Below are positions 1 through 9,677 of a stretch of DNA of 64,000 bases, piece by piece. Source of the stretch: Candidatus Parcubacteria bacterium. GTDB taxonomy: Bacteria; Patescibacteriota; Patescibacteriia; Patescibacteriales; UBA12075. The stretch lies in NCBI GenBank assembly GCA_963814275.1, contig CAWFCE010000002.1, positions 234,537-298,536 on the forward strand, in the 5' to 3' direction. The notes below the pieces were generated by a model. That model did no database searches. It was given only the letters and a program-made list of their open reading frames with translations, and was not told where the DNA came from. A program made the position numbers and the translations under genes. The number at the start of each line of letters is the position of its first letter. The stretch's first letter is position 1.

Positions 1-277
1 AAATTAGACAACCAATAAAAAAGACGGCTAACTTTGTTAATAACTATTATTCTGATTATTTAGCTGTCTTTACATCGGTTGTCTAACGTATATAATTTAC
101 CAAATATTAGCATTTTTGTCAAGCTTGACGCTTTTTTTAAACCCTTCGGGGCTGATACTTGATTTTTTTCGGCTTTTATGCTATTGTTAGCTTATTAAAT
201 AATCTTAATATTACTAAGTAGTTACCCCTACTTGGATGCGGCGTGGTTGTCCGCTTCTCGGTTGGGGCAAAAAGTTT

Positions 278-670
278 ATGCTGGACAAAAAAACCAAACA
301 GCGGGTGATCGGCAAATTCAAGATCCACGAATCCGACACCGGCTCGACACAGGTACAGATCGCTATTTTGACCGAAGAGATCAAACAGCTGTCTGACCAT
401 CTGAAGCGCCACAAACATGACCATTCTTCACGGCGCGGTCTACTCAAAAAAGTCGGCGAACGGCGCCGCTTGCTCAAGTACCTGCAGAAAGAGGACGAAA
501 AAGCCTTTGAAGAAGTCGCCAAGAAGCTCAAATTGAAGATCGCCAAGAAAATGATCGATGATGAAGAAGAGAAGCGCCGGATCGAGGCCGAACTGGAGGC
601 CAAACAATCGCTGAAGAACGAAGAAGAGGAAGAAGAGGAAACTACGGAAGAGAAGAAAGACGATGAGTAA
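278..670 (+). CDS. rpsO: 30S ribosomal protein S15 with an acidic/basic C-terminal extension
   Basis: Translation MLDKKTKQRVIGKFKIHESDTGSTQVQIAILTEEIKQLSDHLKRHKHDHSSRRGLLKKVGERRRLL matches the S15 core (DTGS..VQ..LT..I..L..H....KDH.SRRGLL). ATG at 278 preferred over the upstream in-frame start at 236. About 40 extra E/K-rich residues lie beyond the usual ~89 aa. Confidence 0.9.
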   Translation: MLDKKTKQRVIGKFKIHESDTGSTQVQIAILTEEIKQLSDHLKRHKHDHSSRRGLLKKVGERRRLLKYLQKEDEKAFEEVAKKLKLKIAKKMIDDEEEKRRIEAELEAKQSLKNEEEEEEETTEEKKDDE

Positions 671-770
671 TCGTTTAATCCAGCCAAAATATCTTATAAT
701 ATAATTTTGACATACAAATCGTATCCGAATCTCGGCAAATGAGGTTCGGATCGATTTGCAAGCCAAACCA

Positions 771-1268
771 ATGATCAAACACAAAGAACAACGGGTGGGC
801 GTACTGGTAGATGTATCGAATATGTACCACTCGGCCAAAAATCTTTACCACAAACGCGTTAATTTCAAGGAGGTGCTCCGCGAAGCGGTCGCCGGCCGGA
901 AATTGATCAGGGCCACGACCTACGTGATCCGGACCGAAACCGAAGAAGAGTCCGCCTTTTTCGAGGCGCTCTCCCAGCAGGGATTCGAGGTGAAAATGAA
1001 AGACCTGCAGATCTTCGCCGGCGGGGTGAAAAAGGCCGACTGGGACGTCGGCATCGCGATGGACGCGATCAAACTGGCGGAAAAGCTGGACGTGATCATT
1101 CTGGTCTCCGGCGACGGCGATTATCTGCCGATGGTGGAGTATTTGCAGAATACCAAGGGCTGCCTGGTCGAGATCATGGGCTTCCGGCAGACTACCTCTT
1201 CCCGCCTGATCGAAGCGGCGGATGATTTCATCAATCTGAGCGAAGAAAAAAGATTTCTTTTAAAATAA
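771..1268 (+). CDS. NYN/LabA-like (DUF88) putative RNase domain protein
   Basis: VGVLVDVSNMYHSAKNL...ILVSGDGDYLPMVEYLQ is typical of NYN/LabA-like proteins. ATG at 771 preferred over TTG at 756. Confidence 0.75.
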   Translation: MIKHKEQRVGVLVDVSNMYHSAKNLYHKRVNFKEVLREAVAGRKLIRATTYVIRTETEEESAFFEALSQQGFEVKMKDLQIFAGGVKKADWDVGIAMDAIKLAEKLDVIILVSGDGDYLPMVEYLQNTKGCLVEIMGFRQTTSSRLIEAADDFINLSEEKRFLLK

Positions 1269-1292
1269 CATACAACCACAGGAGAGGTGCGC

Positions 1293-1679
1293 ATGAATAA
1301 TACGGATTTGGCAGGATATTGTCACTATCGATTAGGGGTTCTGTTTTATTCTTTCCGTTTCCATTTGTACCATCATTTTGAAGAAATAACCGGTATCACC
1401 TACAAAGAACGAGCCGGACAATTATCTAATTTCCTGCTTTATATTCTGGGAAAACGCAACCGGGGACGAACACCGCCTTCATTCTTACAGGGTAGCGCCA
1501 GGGGACAGCAAATCAAGTTCACCCAGCACGTCAAATTTGGAGATAAAACAGTCCAACGCTCCTTTATCTTAAACAAACGCGGTGCCGGATACAATGGATT
1601 TTGGACGGCAAATTACGTTTCCGCCCCGCCGGGCAAAACGTTCGCCGGAACCGGACCGGCTAAATTACGCCTGAAATAA
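1293..1679 (+). CDS. hypothetical protein (weak call)
   Basis: ORF preceded by GGAGAGG 6 nt upstream of ATG 1293. I recognise no motif. Sits between the NYN gene and pnp. Confidence 0.3.
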   Translation: MNNTDLAGYCHYRLGVLFYSFRFHLYHHFEEITGITYKERAGQLSNFLLYILGKRNRGRTPPSFLQGSARGQQIKFTQHVKFGDKTVQRSFILNKRGAGYNGFWTANYVSAPPGKTFAGTGPAKLRLK

Positions 1680-1684
1680 CCAAT

Positions 1685-1939
1685 TAGCCGGCATTATATC
1701 AGGGCCGTCCACGACTGACGGCCCTGACCCCAATTAATAAGATGGGTGCGGTCGGTATGTCTCAAGGCGCACAAAATCAATTTGCGACTTATCATACCGA
1801 TATTACCGATCTTACTAGTTAATTAAATGGCCGTCGGGTATAGAGATCTTATGAGATTATTCTCAAGGTCTTAAATTCGACGGCCAGCTAAAGGATAAAA
1901 CCGCAAGGCCATGAGTCTTCGGTTTTATCGCGAAAAAAT
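1685..1939 (+). promoter_or_regulatory. structured leader upstream of pnp (several long perfect hairpins)
   Basis: Stems visible: CAGGGCCGTC/GACGGCCCTG (10 bp), CGGTATG/CATACCG, TGGCCGTCG/CGACGGCCA enclosing AGATCT..TGAGA/TCTCA..AGGTCT, and ATAAAACCG/CGGTTTTAT ending 16 nt before the pnp ATG. Confidence 0.4.
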
Positions 1940-4216
1940 ATGAACAAGAACGAAACGGTCTTATCGACCGAATGGCTTGGCCGCCCCCTCACTATCAAGA
2001 CCGGGCAACTGGCCCGGCAGGCTGACGCGGCCGTGACCGTCCAATACGGCGACACGGTGGTTTTGGCGACCGTAGTCGAGAGCAAAACAGAACGCGAAGG
2101 AATTGATTATTTCCCCCTGATGGTCGACTTCGAAGAGAAACTTTATGCCGCCGGTATCATCAAGGGCTCGCGCTGGATCAAGCGCGAAGGCCGCCCTACC
2201 GACGAGGCGATCCTGACCGGCCGAATGGTGGACCGCTCAGTCCGCCCGCTTTTTGACGGCGATTCCCGCCGCGACGTCCAGGTGGTTATCACCGTATTAT
2301 CGGCTGACCAGGCGAACGACCACGATATTGTCGCCCTGATAGCGGCCTCAGCCGCGCTCTCGATCTCCGGAGTGGCCTGGAACGGTCCGATCGGCGGCAT
2401 CCGCGTCGGACGGGTGGACGGCAAGCTGGTTTTTAACCCCACCTATGAAGAGCGCAGCCAGAGCGACCTGGACCTGATCGTCGCCGGCACACCGGAAAAA
2501 AGCATAATGATCGAAGCCGGCGCCAAAGAGGTTGACGAGGCGGCAATGTACGAAGCGATCGTCGCCGGGCAAAAAGAAATGCAGCCCGGCATAAAACTGA
2601 TCGAAGAATTGAAAAAGGAAGTATCCGCCAAAGAAAAAAACGAGCCCAGGCATCTTGAATCAGCCGACGAGATCGAAGCGAAAAAAGAAAAGGAAGAGCT
2701 GGTGGCCAAGGCGAATGTCTGGCTCAAGGCCAATATCAACCCGATCCTATTCGATAAGAACTACTACACCAAAGGCGAGCGCAAACTGGCGGTCCTGGCG
2801 ATCAAAGAGAAGCTTGACGCTTATCTCTTTGAACAAAATGTCGGCACCGACAAGCGTAAATATATAATCAATAAAACCGTGGAAAAAGCGGTCGACGCTG
2901 AAGTTACCCGCGAGATCCTCGAGCATGACCGCCGGGTGGACGGCCGCGGCCTGACCGAAATCCGCCGCCTGCAGTCCGATGTCGAGGTTTTGCCCCGTAA
3001 TCATGGCGCCGGACTTTTTTCCCGCGGGGAGACGCAAGTGCTTTCGATCGTGACCCTGGGCGCGCCGGGCCTGGCCCAGTCGCTAGAGGGAATAGAGGGT
3101 ACCGGTTCGAAGCGCTATATGCACCATTACAACTTTCCCCCATATTCGGTCGGCGAAGCGCGTCCGATGCGCGGCCCGGGACGGCGCGATATCGGCCATG
3201 GCGCCCTGGCGGAAAAAGCCCTGGAACCGATGATTCCGGACAAAGATGACTTTCCCTATACGATCCGCGTGGTTTCCGAGACCATGGGCTCCAACGGTTC
3301 TTCCTCGATGGGTTCGACTTGCGCCAGTACGCTGGCCCTGATGGATGCCGGCGTACCGATCAAGAAGGCCGTAGCGGGCGTCGCGATCGGACTGGCGTCA
3401 AATGACGACATGAGCCAATGGAAAGTACTGACCGATATCCAGGACCTGGAAGACGGCCAGGGAGGGATGGATTTCAAGATTACCGGTACGGCCGACGGTA
3501 TTACCGCCATCCAGCTCGACACCAAAACCAACGGTTTGAATACCGATATCATCAAGCAGGCCTTGAAGCAGGGCCTGGACGGCCGGCTGGAAATCCTCAA
3601 GGTAATGGCGGAAGCGATTGCCGAACCGCGGCCGGAACTATCGCCTTATGCCCCGCGCGTGGAAACATTCAAGATCGACCCGGAGAAAATACGCGACGTG
3701 ATCGGCAGCGGCGGAAAAATAATCAACAAGATCATCGAGGAATGCCAGGTGGAAATCGATATCGAAGACGACGGCTCGGTGTTCGTTACCAGCCTGACGC
3801 CGGAAGGAATGGCCAAAGCGCTTAAATGGATCAAAGACCTGACCCGTGAGATCGAAGCCGGCGAGGTTTTTGCCGGCAAAGTGGTCAGGATGCTTGAGAT
3901 CGGCGCTTTTATCGAGGTATTACCCGGACGCGACGGCATGGTCCATGTCAGCGAGCTGGCTCCGTACCGTGTCAGCAAGCCTTCGGACTTTCTCGAAATC
4001 GGCCAGGAAGTGACGGTCCGGGTGAAAGAGATCGACGACCAGGGGCGGGTTAACCTGAGCATGAAAGGCCTTAAGGAAAACGAACCGCTCTGGGTGAATG
4101 AAAAGGGCAAGGACACCGGCGGAGGATTCAGTGGCGGAAGAAGCCGCTTCAACGACCGCCGTCCGGGCGGACGCCCTAGCGGCCCCAGAAATGGCGGTTT
4201 CCGCGATCGGCGATAA
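1940..4216 (+). CDS. pnp: polyribonucleotide nucleotidyltransferase (PNPase)
   Basis: 758 aa with two RNase PH-like halves (FPLMVDFEEKLYAAGIIKGS; HHYNFPPYSVGE), KH (GSGGKIINKIIEE) and S1 (GEVFAGKVVRMLEIGAFIEVLPGRDGMVHVSE) modules, plus an R/G-rich tail. Confidence 0.97.
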   Translation: MNKNETVLSTEWLGRPLTIKTGQLARQADAAVTVQYGDTVVLATVVESKTEREGIDYFPLMVDFEEKLYAAGIIKGSRWIKREGRPTDEAILTGRMVDRSVRPLFDGDSRRDVQVVITVLSADQANDHDIVALIAASAALSISGVAWNGPIGGIRVGRVDGKLVFNPTYEERSQSDLDLIVAGTPEKSIMIEAGAKEVDEAAMYEAIVAGQKEMQPGIKLIEELKKEVSAKEKNEPRHLESADEIEAKKEKEELVAKANVWLKANINPILFDKNYYTKGERKLAVLAIKEKLDAYLFEQNVGTDKRKYIINKTVEKAVDAEVTREILEHDRRVDGRGLTEIRRLQSDVEVLPRNHGAGLFSRGETQVLSIVTLGAPGLAQSLEGIEGTGSKRYMHHYNFPPYSVGEARPMRGPGRRDIGHGALAEKALEPMIPDKDDFPYTIRVVSETMGSNGSSSMGSTCASTLALMDAGVPIKKAVAGVAIGLASNDDMSQWKVLTDIQDLEDGQGGMDFKITGTADGITAIQLDTKTNGLNTDIIKQALKQGLDGRLEILKVMAEAIAEPRPELSPYAPRVETFKIDPEKIRDVIGSGGKIINKIIEECQVEIDIEDDGSVFVTSLTPEGMAKALKWIKDLTREIEAGEVFAGKVVRMLEIGAFIEVLPGRDGMVHVSELAPYRVSKPSDFLEIGQEVTVRVKEIDDQGRVNLSMKGLKENEPLWVNEKGKDTGGGFSGGRSRFNDRRPGGRPSGPRNGGFRDRR

Positions 4217-4244
4217 AAATACATCTTGGCAATATTGAAGATAC

Positions 4245-4276
4245 AAAGACGGGACTTTTCGGTCCCGTCTTTTACA
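4245..4276 (+). terminator. rho-independent terminator after pnp
   Basis: AAAGACGGGAC-TTTTCG-GTCCCGTCTTT stem-loop followed by T residues. Confidence 0.7.
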
Positions 4277-4416
4277 TTTGCTTGGTTAACCGGGGAAATA
4301 ATTACTACCCGGGCGCCGCTATTTATTTATCCGCTTTCGTTGCCCAACAATGCCCTGTCTGGATCGGTCGCTTATACGCGATAAATTTGTTATAATAAAT
4401 ACATAGCTTTTCGCTT

Positions 4417-5457
4417 ATGTCTAAACAAATATTCATTCGTTCCGCAAAGAACCCGATAATTACCCCCCTGCCCGGCAGTGTTTGGGAATCGGTAAAAACC
4501 CATAATCCAGGGGCGATCCTCCATCGCGGAAAATACTATTTGCTCTATCGTGCCGTCGGCGGGGCTTGGGTATCGAAAATAGGAATAGCCGAGTCAAGCG
4601 ATGGGGAAAATTTCGTCCGCCGCCGCCAGCCGATTATCGAACCGAAATTGCCGATAGAGAAAAACGGCGTTGAAGATCCTCGTGTCACCAGGGTCGGTTC
4701 CGTCTTTTATCTCACCTATACCGCTTTTGACGGAGAGACGGCCAGACTCTGCTGGGCCGGCTCTTTCGATCTCGAGAACTGGGAACGGCTGGGGCAGATG
4801 CTGCCGGACTGGGACGGGGAGCGGGCGGGAGAATTTATCGTTCCCTGGGATGCCGCGCAGAATAACGGCAAAGGTAATTCGCGCTGGGTCAAGTCGGGCG
4901 GTATTTTCCCGGAAAAAATAAACGGCCGCTATTGGCTTCTTTTCGGCGACCGCTGCCTCTGGTTGGCCTCGTCCAAGGATATGAAACGCTGGGTACCGGA
5001 ATATGAACCATTCATCAAGCCCCGCCGCGGATATTTCGACAGCGCCCATGTGGAAATGGGGCCGCCACCGCTTCGTACGGATAACGGCTGGCTGGTGTTG
5101 TACCATGGCGTTGACGAACATATGGTCTATCGATTGGGATATATGCTTCTTGCCCTCCATAATCCCGGCCAGATCATCAAGCGTTCAAACAAGCCGATAT
5201 TCGAGCCGCGGAAGCCTTACGAAATTTCCGGTCCCGCGGACATTCTGCCTGGCGGATATAAAAAGATGGAGACTATGGAAGCAGGACAACTATCCGAATT
5301 TATCGAAAAAAAAGGGGTAAATGGCGAAATGCCGCAAGTCATCTTTGCTTGCGGAGCAATATTAACTGACGGCGTTTTACGCCTATATTACGGCGCTGGT
5401 GATGCGGTAATCGGCACTGCCGCCGCCAACCTTAAAGAAATAATAAGATCGGACTAA
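4417..5457 (+). CDS. GH130-family glycoside phosphorylase-like protein (DUF377 type)
   Basis: NPIITP...HNPGAILHRGKYYLLYRAVG...GVEDPRVTRVGSVFYLTYTAFDG...LVLYHGVD is the pattern of GH130 beta-mannoside phosphorylase-like 5-bladed propeller proteins. Confidence 0.75.
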   Translation: MSKQIFIRSAKNPIITPLPGSVWESVKTHNPGAILHRGKYYLLYRAVGGAWVSKIGIAESSDGENFVRRRQPIIEPKLPIEKNGVEDPRVTRVGSVFYLTYTAFDGETARLCWAGSFDLENWERLGQMLPDWDGERAGEFIVPWDAAQNNGKGNSRWVKSGGIFPEKINGRYWLLFGDRCLWLASSKDMKRWVPEYEPFIKPRRGYFDSAHVEMGPPPLRTDNGWLVLYHGVDEHMVYRLGYMLLALHNPGQIIKRSNKPIFEPRKPYEISGPADILPGGYKKMETMEAGQLSEFIEKKGVNGEMPQVIFACGAILTDGVLRLYYGAGDAVIGTAAANLKEIIRSD

Positions 5458-5594
5458 GCATTCCGGTTTGCTTTATCGGTTTGACAAACACCGGCAAATT
5501 ATACTAAAATATTAAACACTTTATAGATTAAACATGCTTTGGTATAATAAAAAGTGTGCGATAACACTTTTTATTTATTATTAAAGATATATTT

Positions 5595-6542
5595 ATGGCG
5601 CCCAGCCACAAATCCGAAATTCGCAAGGCCTATTTATTGAATAAATACGTAATTATCACACCGCTGCGCGACAAACGACCGCGCGACATCAAGGAACAGA
5701 CCGTGATCCAGCGAACCGGCGACTGCGCGTTTTGTCCGGAAAAAATCGAAATTTCCGCCCGGGAACATCCCGGCTATATCAAAGACCGGATTAACGGCCC
5801 GGACGGCAAGTGGCAGGTGTTGGCGATAGATAACGTTTTTCCCGCCGTTACGCTCGATAACGACCGTGCCTACGGGGCGCAGGAAGTGATTATTGAAACG
5901 CCCGACCATTCCCCGGAATTGGCCCACCTCGACCAGGAACAGATAGAACGGGTGCTCAGGATGTATGCCCGGCGCACCGAAGCGATCAGCCGGAACGAAA
6001 AGATCGATTACGTACTTTGCTTCAAAAACCAGGGCTCCAAAGCCGGCGCCAGCGTCGTGCACGCCCACAGCCAGGTATTCGCCACCCACATCCTGCCGCC
6101 TAATGTCGTGGAAGAACTGATTGCCGCCCAGTCCTATCAGGTAAAACATAAGATTTGCGCGTATTGCGATATCATAAAAAAAGAGATGGCCGAGGAGCGG
6201 CGGATTTTCGAAGATAAGCATATCGCGGCGTTCGCGCCTTACGCCAGCGAATACCATTATGAGGCCTGGGTTTTCACCAAACGGCACCTGGACAACATCA
6301 CCCAACTGACTGACGAAGAGTTCCGTTCTTTTGCCGCAGTTTATAAATTAATCTTGGAAAAACTGGGGCGGCTGGATTTGTCTTTCAATTGTTTTCTGCA
6401 TCAAGCGGCATCATACCGCGACCAGCATTTCTATATGAAGATCCAGCCCCGGGCGAATGTTTGGGCCGGTGTCGAAATGGGCAGCGGCCTGGTCATCAAC
6501 TCCGTACCGCCCGAAGCAGCCGCCAAATATTATCGCGAATAA
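5595..6542 (+). CDS. GalT-like (HIT superfamily) hexose-1-phosphate nucleotidyltransferase/phosphorylase
   Basis: N-terminal Cys motif CAFCPEK and active-site-like VVHAHSQVF (His-x-His-x-Gln as in GalT HPHGQ). 315 aa. Confidence 0.7.
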   Translation: MAPSHKSEIRKAYLLNKYVIITPLRDKRPRDIKEQTVIQRTGDCAFCPEKIEISAREHPGYIKDRINGPDGKWQVLAIDNVFPAVTLDNDRAYGAQEVIIETPDHSPELAHLDQEQIERVLRMYARRTEAISRNEKIDYVLCFKNQGSKAGASVVHAHSQVFATHILPPNVVEELIAAQSYQVKHKICAYCDIIKKEMAEERRIFEDKHIAAFAPYASEYHYEAWVFTKRHLDNITQLTDEEFRSFAAVYKLILEKLGRLDLSFNCFLHQAASYRDQHFYMKIQPRANVWAGVEMGSGLVINSVPPEAAAKYYRE

Positions 6543-6642
6543 ACTAAAGCAAATATTCCCAAAAACAGCTTTCCTATGATTAAATTCGTTTTTTATAATG
6601 ACAATTAAAAACAAGACAATAAACAATTTTCATTAATCATAT

Positions 6643-9615
6643 ATGCCGATCAAGCCGCTTAAAAACAAAAACAGCCAGCAGGGCTGGCGCAATGGAAAAA
6701 AGAAATACTACGTCAATCGCCAGAAACCGCCGACACTCAATTTGCGCCGGAATAACCACGGCTCCCGCCCCGGTTACAAAACCGGCGGCAGGCGGTGGGG
6801 CATGAAGCTGAAACGGGCGCTTCTTTGGAGTGTCCTGATCATCGGTGCGCTTGGCATATTGGGCAGCCTTTCCCTGGTGGCCTATATTTCCCGCGGCCTG
6901 CCCGATCCGGACAAACTATTGGACCGAGAAGTGCCGCAAAGCACGGTAATTTACGACCGCACCGGCACGCAGGTATTATATGATATTCACGGCGAAGTCA
7001 AACGAACATTGGTAACTCTGGATGATATTCCGGATTATGTGGAATGGGCGACGATTGCCATCGAAGACAAGGATTTCTACCACCATAGCGGCATCAGTCT
7101 GTGGGGTATTTTCCGCGGGGTCGTCTGGCAGGCCATCCGCGGCAGGTCGATCCAAGGCGGCTCGACCCTGACTCAGCAATTCATCAAAAATGCCATCCTG
7201 ACCAACGAACGGACAGTCACCCGCAAAATAAAAGAATGGCTATTGGCTTACAAAGTCGAACAGCGCTTTTCCAAAAATGAAATCCTGCAAATGTACCTCA
7301 ATGAAATTCCCTACGGTTCGACCGCCTACGGCGTTGAAGCCGCCAGCCAGCGCTATTTCGGCAAAAGCGTCCGGGACATCAATCTGGCCGAAGCGGCTAT
7401 TCTGGCGGCCTTGCCGCAAGCGCCCAGCCGCTATTCCCCCTATGGATCGAACAAGGACCTTCTGATATCGCGCCAGCACTATGTTCTCGATCTGATGGTG
7501 CAGCAAAAATACATAAGCCAGGAACAGGCTGATGAAGCCAAGCAGTATATTCTCGATTTCCAGCCGCCCACCGCCAATATCAAGGCGCCCCACTTCGTTA
7601 TGTATATCCGGGAAATGCTGGCGGATAAATACGGTGAAAAGGAGGTCGAACAGGGCGGACTGAAAATTATCACTACCCTGGACCTGTACAAACAGGAAAT
7701 AGCGGAAGAGGTCATCAAGGAGCACGCCGAACAGAACGAAGAAAAATACGACGCCACCAACGCGGGGTTGATTTCGATCGACCCGAAAACCGGACAAATC
7801 CTGGCCATGGTTGGTTCCCGGGATTACTTCAGCGAAGACATAGACGGACAGGTCAATATCACCACCTCGCTCCGCCAGCCCGGTTCGTCGATCAAGCCGC
7901 TGGTTTATTCAGCCGCTTTCCTCAAGGGCTATACGCCCAACACCGTTCTCTATGACGTGGTAACGAATTTTTCCAACGACCCCGACAACCCGTACGAACC
8001 GCATAACTATGACCTAAGCGAACACGGTCCGGTCACGATCCGCAAAGCCTTGGCAGGCTCACTCAATATTCCCGCCGTCAAGGCGATCTATCTCGCCGGC
8101 GTCGATAATGTCCTTGATCTGGCCCAGGAAATGGGCTATACGACCCTGGTCGACCATGACCGCTACGGCTTGGCCCTGGTTCTGGGGGGAGGCGAGGTCA
8201 AACTCCTGGAACACACGAACGCGTTTGGCGCTTTTGCGCGCGAGGGCGTCCGCAACGAGCCGACCGGCATATTGCGTGTCGAAGACCGCAACGGCAAAAT
8301 ACTGGAGGAATACAAAAGCGAAGATTCGAAAGTAATCGACCCCAAAGTCGCCCGGATGATCAATGACATACTGTCGGATAATGAAGCGCGCGCCTATACA
8401 TTCGGCGAGCGCAACTGGCTGACGCTCGGCGACCGGCCGGTGGCGGCCAAAACGGGCACGACCAACGATTACCGCGACGCCTGGACGATCGGCTACACTC
8501 CCTCCATTGTAACCGGCGTCTGGGTCGGCAATAACGATAATAGTGAAATGAAACGCGGAGCGGCCGGCGGCGTCGTAGCGGCGCCGATCTGGCACGATTA
8601 TATGGATCGGGTATTGGGCGATACGCCGGTCGAATATTTCAAAAAACCGGAAATCCCGAAAACCGGCAAGCCGATATTGGACGGCGAGGTGGGCTCGGCT
8701 CAGATTGTCAAAGTCGATAAAATCACCGGACTGCTGGCAACCGAGTATACACCAGCCGAATTAATAGAAGAAAAGTCCTATTTCGAACCGCACTCGATCC
8801 TCTTTTATGTCGATAAAAACGATCCTCTGGGCGCTGTCCCCGACGATCCGGGCCGAGACCCGCAATTCGACCTATGGGAATCCCGGGTAAAACTTTGGGC
8901 GGAAAAAGAATTGGCCAGCTCAACCGCCGCTGCGACCTCTTCGCTCCTGGGCGAAACTCCGCCGATGGAAAGCGACAACGTCCATTTGCCGGAAAACATC
9001 CCCCAGGTATCCATCGTCACTCCCGGGAATAACCAAACGATTACCGACCCGGAATTGGATGTCCGCCTTCAGGTAAGCGCTCCGCGCGGGGTAAAACGGG
9101 TGGACTACTTTTTGAATGACGCCTTATTCTATACGACCACCGACTATCCCTTCAATATGAAAAAATCGATCGACTTTCTCGGTAACGGTTTTCACAATCT
9201 GAAAATAAAAGTTTGCGACGACGTGGATAATTGCCAAACAAGGGAACTGGAATTTAACCTGGTGTTGTCGAATCATGCCGTTTCCGCCCCGACCGAGATA
9301 AACTGGGTTTCCCCTATGAGCGGCTTGGCCCTGTCCAATATCGACTTTCCTTTAACTCTGCAGTTAAAAACCAACAACCCGACTACGCTGGCAAAAATCA
9401 ACATTTCCTACCGCCGCCAGGAAGGCGACAATCCTGTCGTATTTATCGCCGCCGCCGAACCGGTTGACAGCCAAACCGTCTCGATCCGCTGGAATGACAT
9501 ACCCCCGAGCGGCACATACCAGATAGAAGCCGAGGCAGTGACCTGGGACAAACAATCCATCCGTCCGAAGCCGATCACGCTTATCATCAACAATATCACC
9601 AACAATAACGAATAA
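6643..9615 (+). CDS. class A penicillin-binding protein (transglycosylase + transpeptidase) with long C-terminal extension
   Basis: GT51 motifs (AIEDKDFYHHSGI, GGSTLTQQ, RKIKEW), transpeptidase motifs (SSIKP, SLN, KTGTT), an N-terminal TM segment, and ~330 aa after the transpeptidase domain. Confidence 0.9.
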   Translation: MPIKPLKNKNSQQGWRNGKKKYYVNRQKPPTLNLRRNNHGSRPGYKTGGRRWGMKLKRALLWSVLIIGALGILGSLSLVAYISRGLPDPDKLLDREVPQSTVIYDRTGTQVLYDIHGEVKRTLVTLDDIPDYVEWATIAIEDKDFYHHSGISLWGIFRGVVWQAIRGRSIQGGSTLTQQFIKNAILTNERTVTRKIKEWLLAYKVEQRFSKNEILQMYLNEIPYGSTAYGVEAASQRYFGKSVRDINLAEAAILAALPQAPSRYSPYGSNKDLLISRQHYVLDLMVQQKYISQEQADEAKQYILDFQPPTANIKAPHFVMYIREMLADKYGEKEVEQGGLKIITTLDLYKQEIAEEVIKEHAEQNEEKYDATNAGLISIDPKTGQILAMVGSRDYFSEDIDGQVNITTSLRQPGSSIKPLVYSAAFLKGYTPNTVLYDVVTNFSNDPDNPYEPHNYDLSEHGPVTIRKALAGSLNIPAVKAIYLAGVDNVLDLAQEMGYTTLVDHDRYGLALVLGGGEVKLLEHTNAFGAFAREGVRNEPTGILRVEDRNGKILEEYKSEDSKVIDPKVARMINDILSDNEARAYTFGERNWLTLGDRPVAAKTGTTNDYRDAWTIGYTPSIVTGVWVGNNDNSEMKRGAAGGVVAAPIWHDYMDRVLGDTPVEYFKKPEIPKTGKPILDGEVGSAQIVKVDKITGLLATEYTPAELIEEKSYFEPHSILFYVDKNDPLGAVPDDPGRDPQFDLWESRVKLWAEKELASSTAAATSSLLGETPPMESDNVHLPENIPQVSIVTPGNNQTITDPELDVRLQVSAPRGVKRVDYFLNDALFYTTTDYPFNMKKSIDFLGNGFHNLKIKVCDDVDNCQTRELEFNLVLSNHAVSAPTEINWVSPMSGLALSNIDFPLTLQLKTNNPTTLAKINISYRRQEGDNPVVFIAAAEPVDSQTVSIRWNDIPPSGTYQIEAEAVTWDKQSIRPKPITLIINNITNNNE

Positions 9616-9631
9616 TAAATTATTATTTCCA

Positions 9632-9660
9632 TAAAAAAAAGCCCCCTAGGGGCTTTTTTG
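9632..9660. terminator. bidirectional terminator between PBP gene and dnaN
   Basis: AAAAAAAAGCCCC-CTA-GGGGCTTTTTT, a palindromic GC stem flanked by A and T runs. Confidence 0.7.
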
Positions 9661-9677
9661 ATTTATGATAAAGGGAT

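Noticed and set aside
2143-4246. Numerous 60-190 aa ORFs overlapping pnp on both strands (for example 3646-4224 minus, 3418-3825 plus).
   Set aside because: They lie entirely inside a gene with unmistakable PNPase motifs. Their R/P/G/S-rich translations are typical shadow frames, and they have no RBS or motifs.
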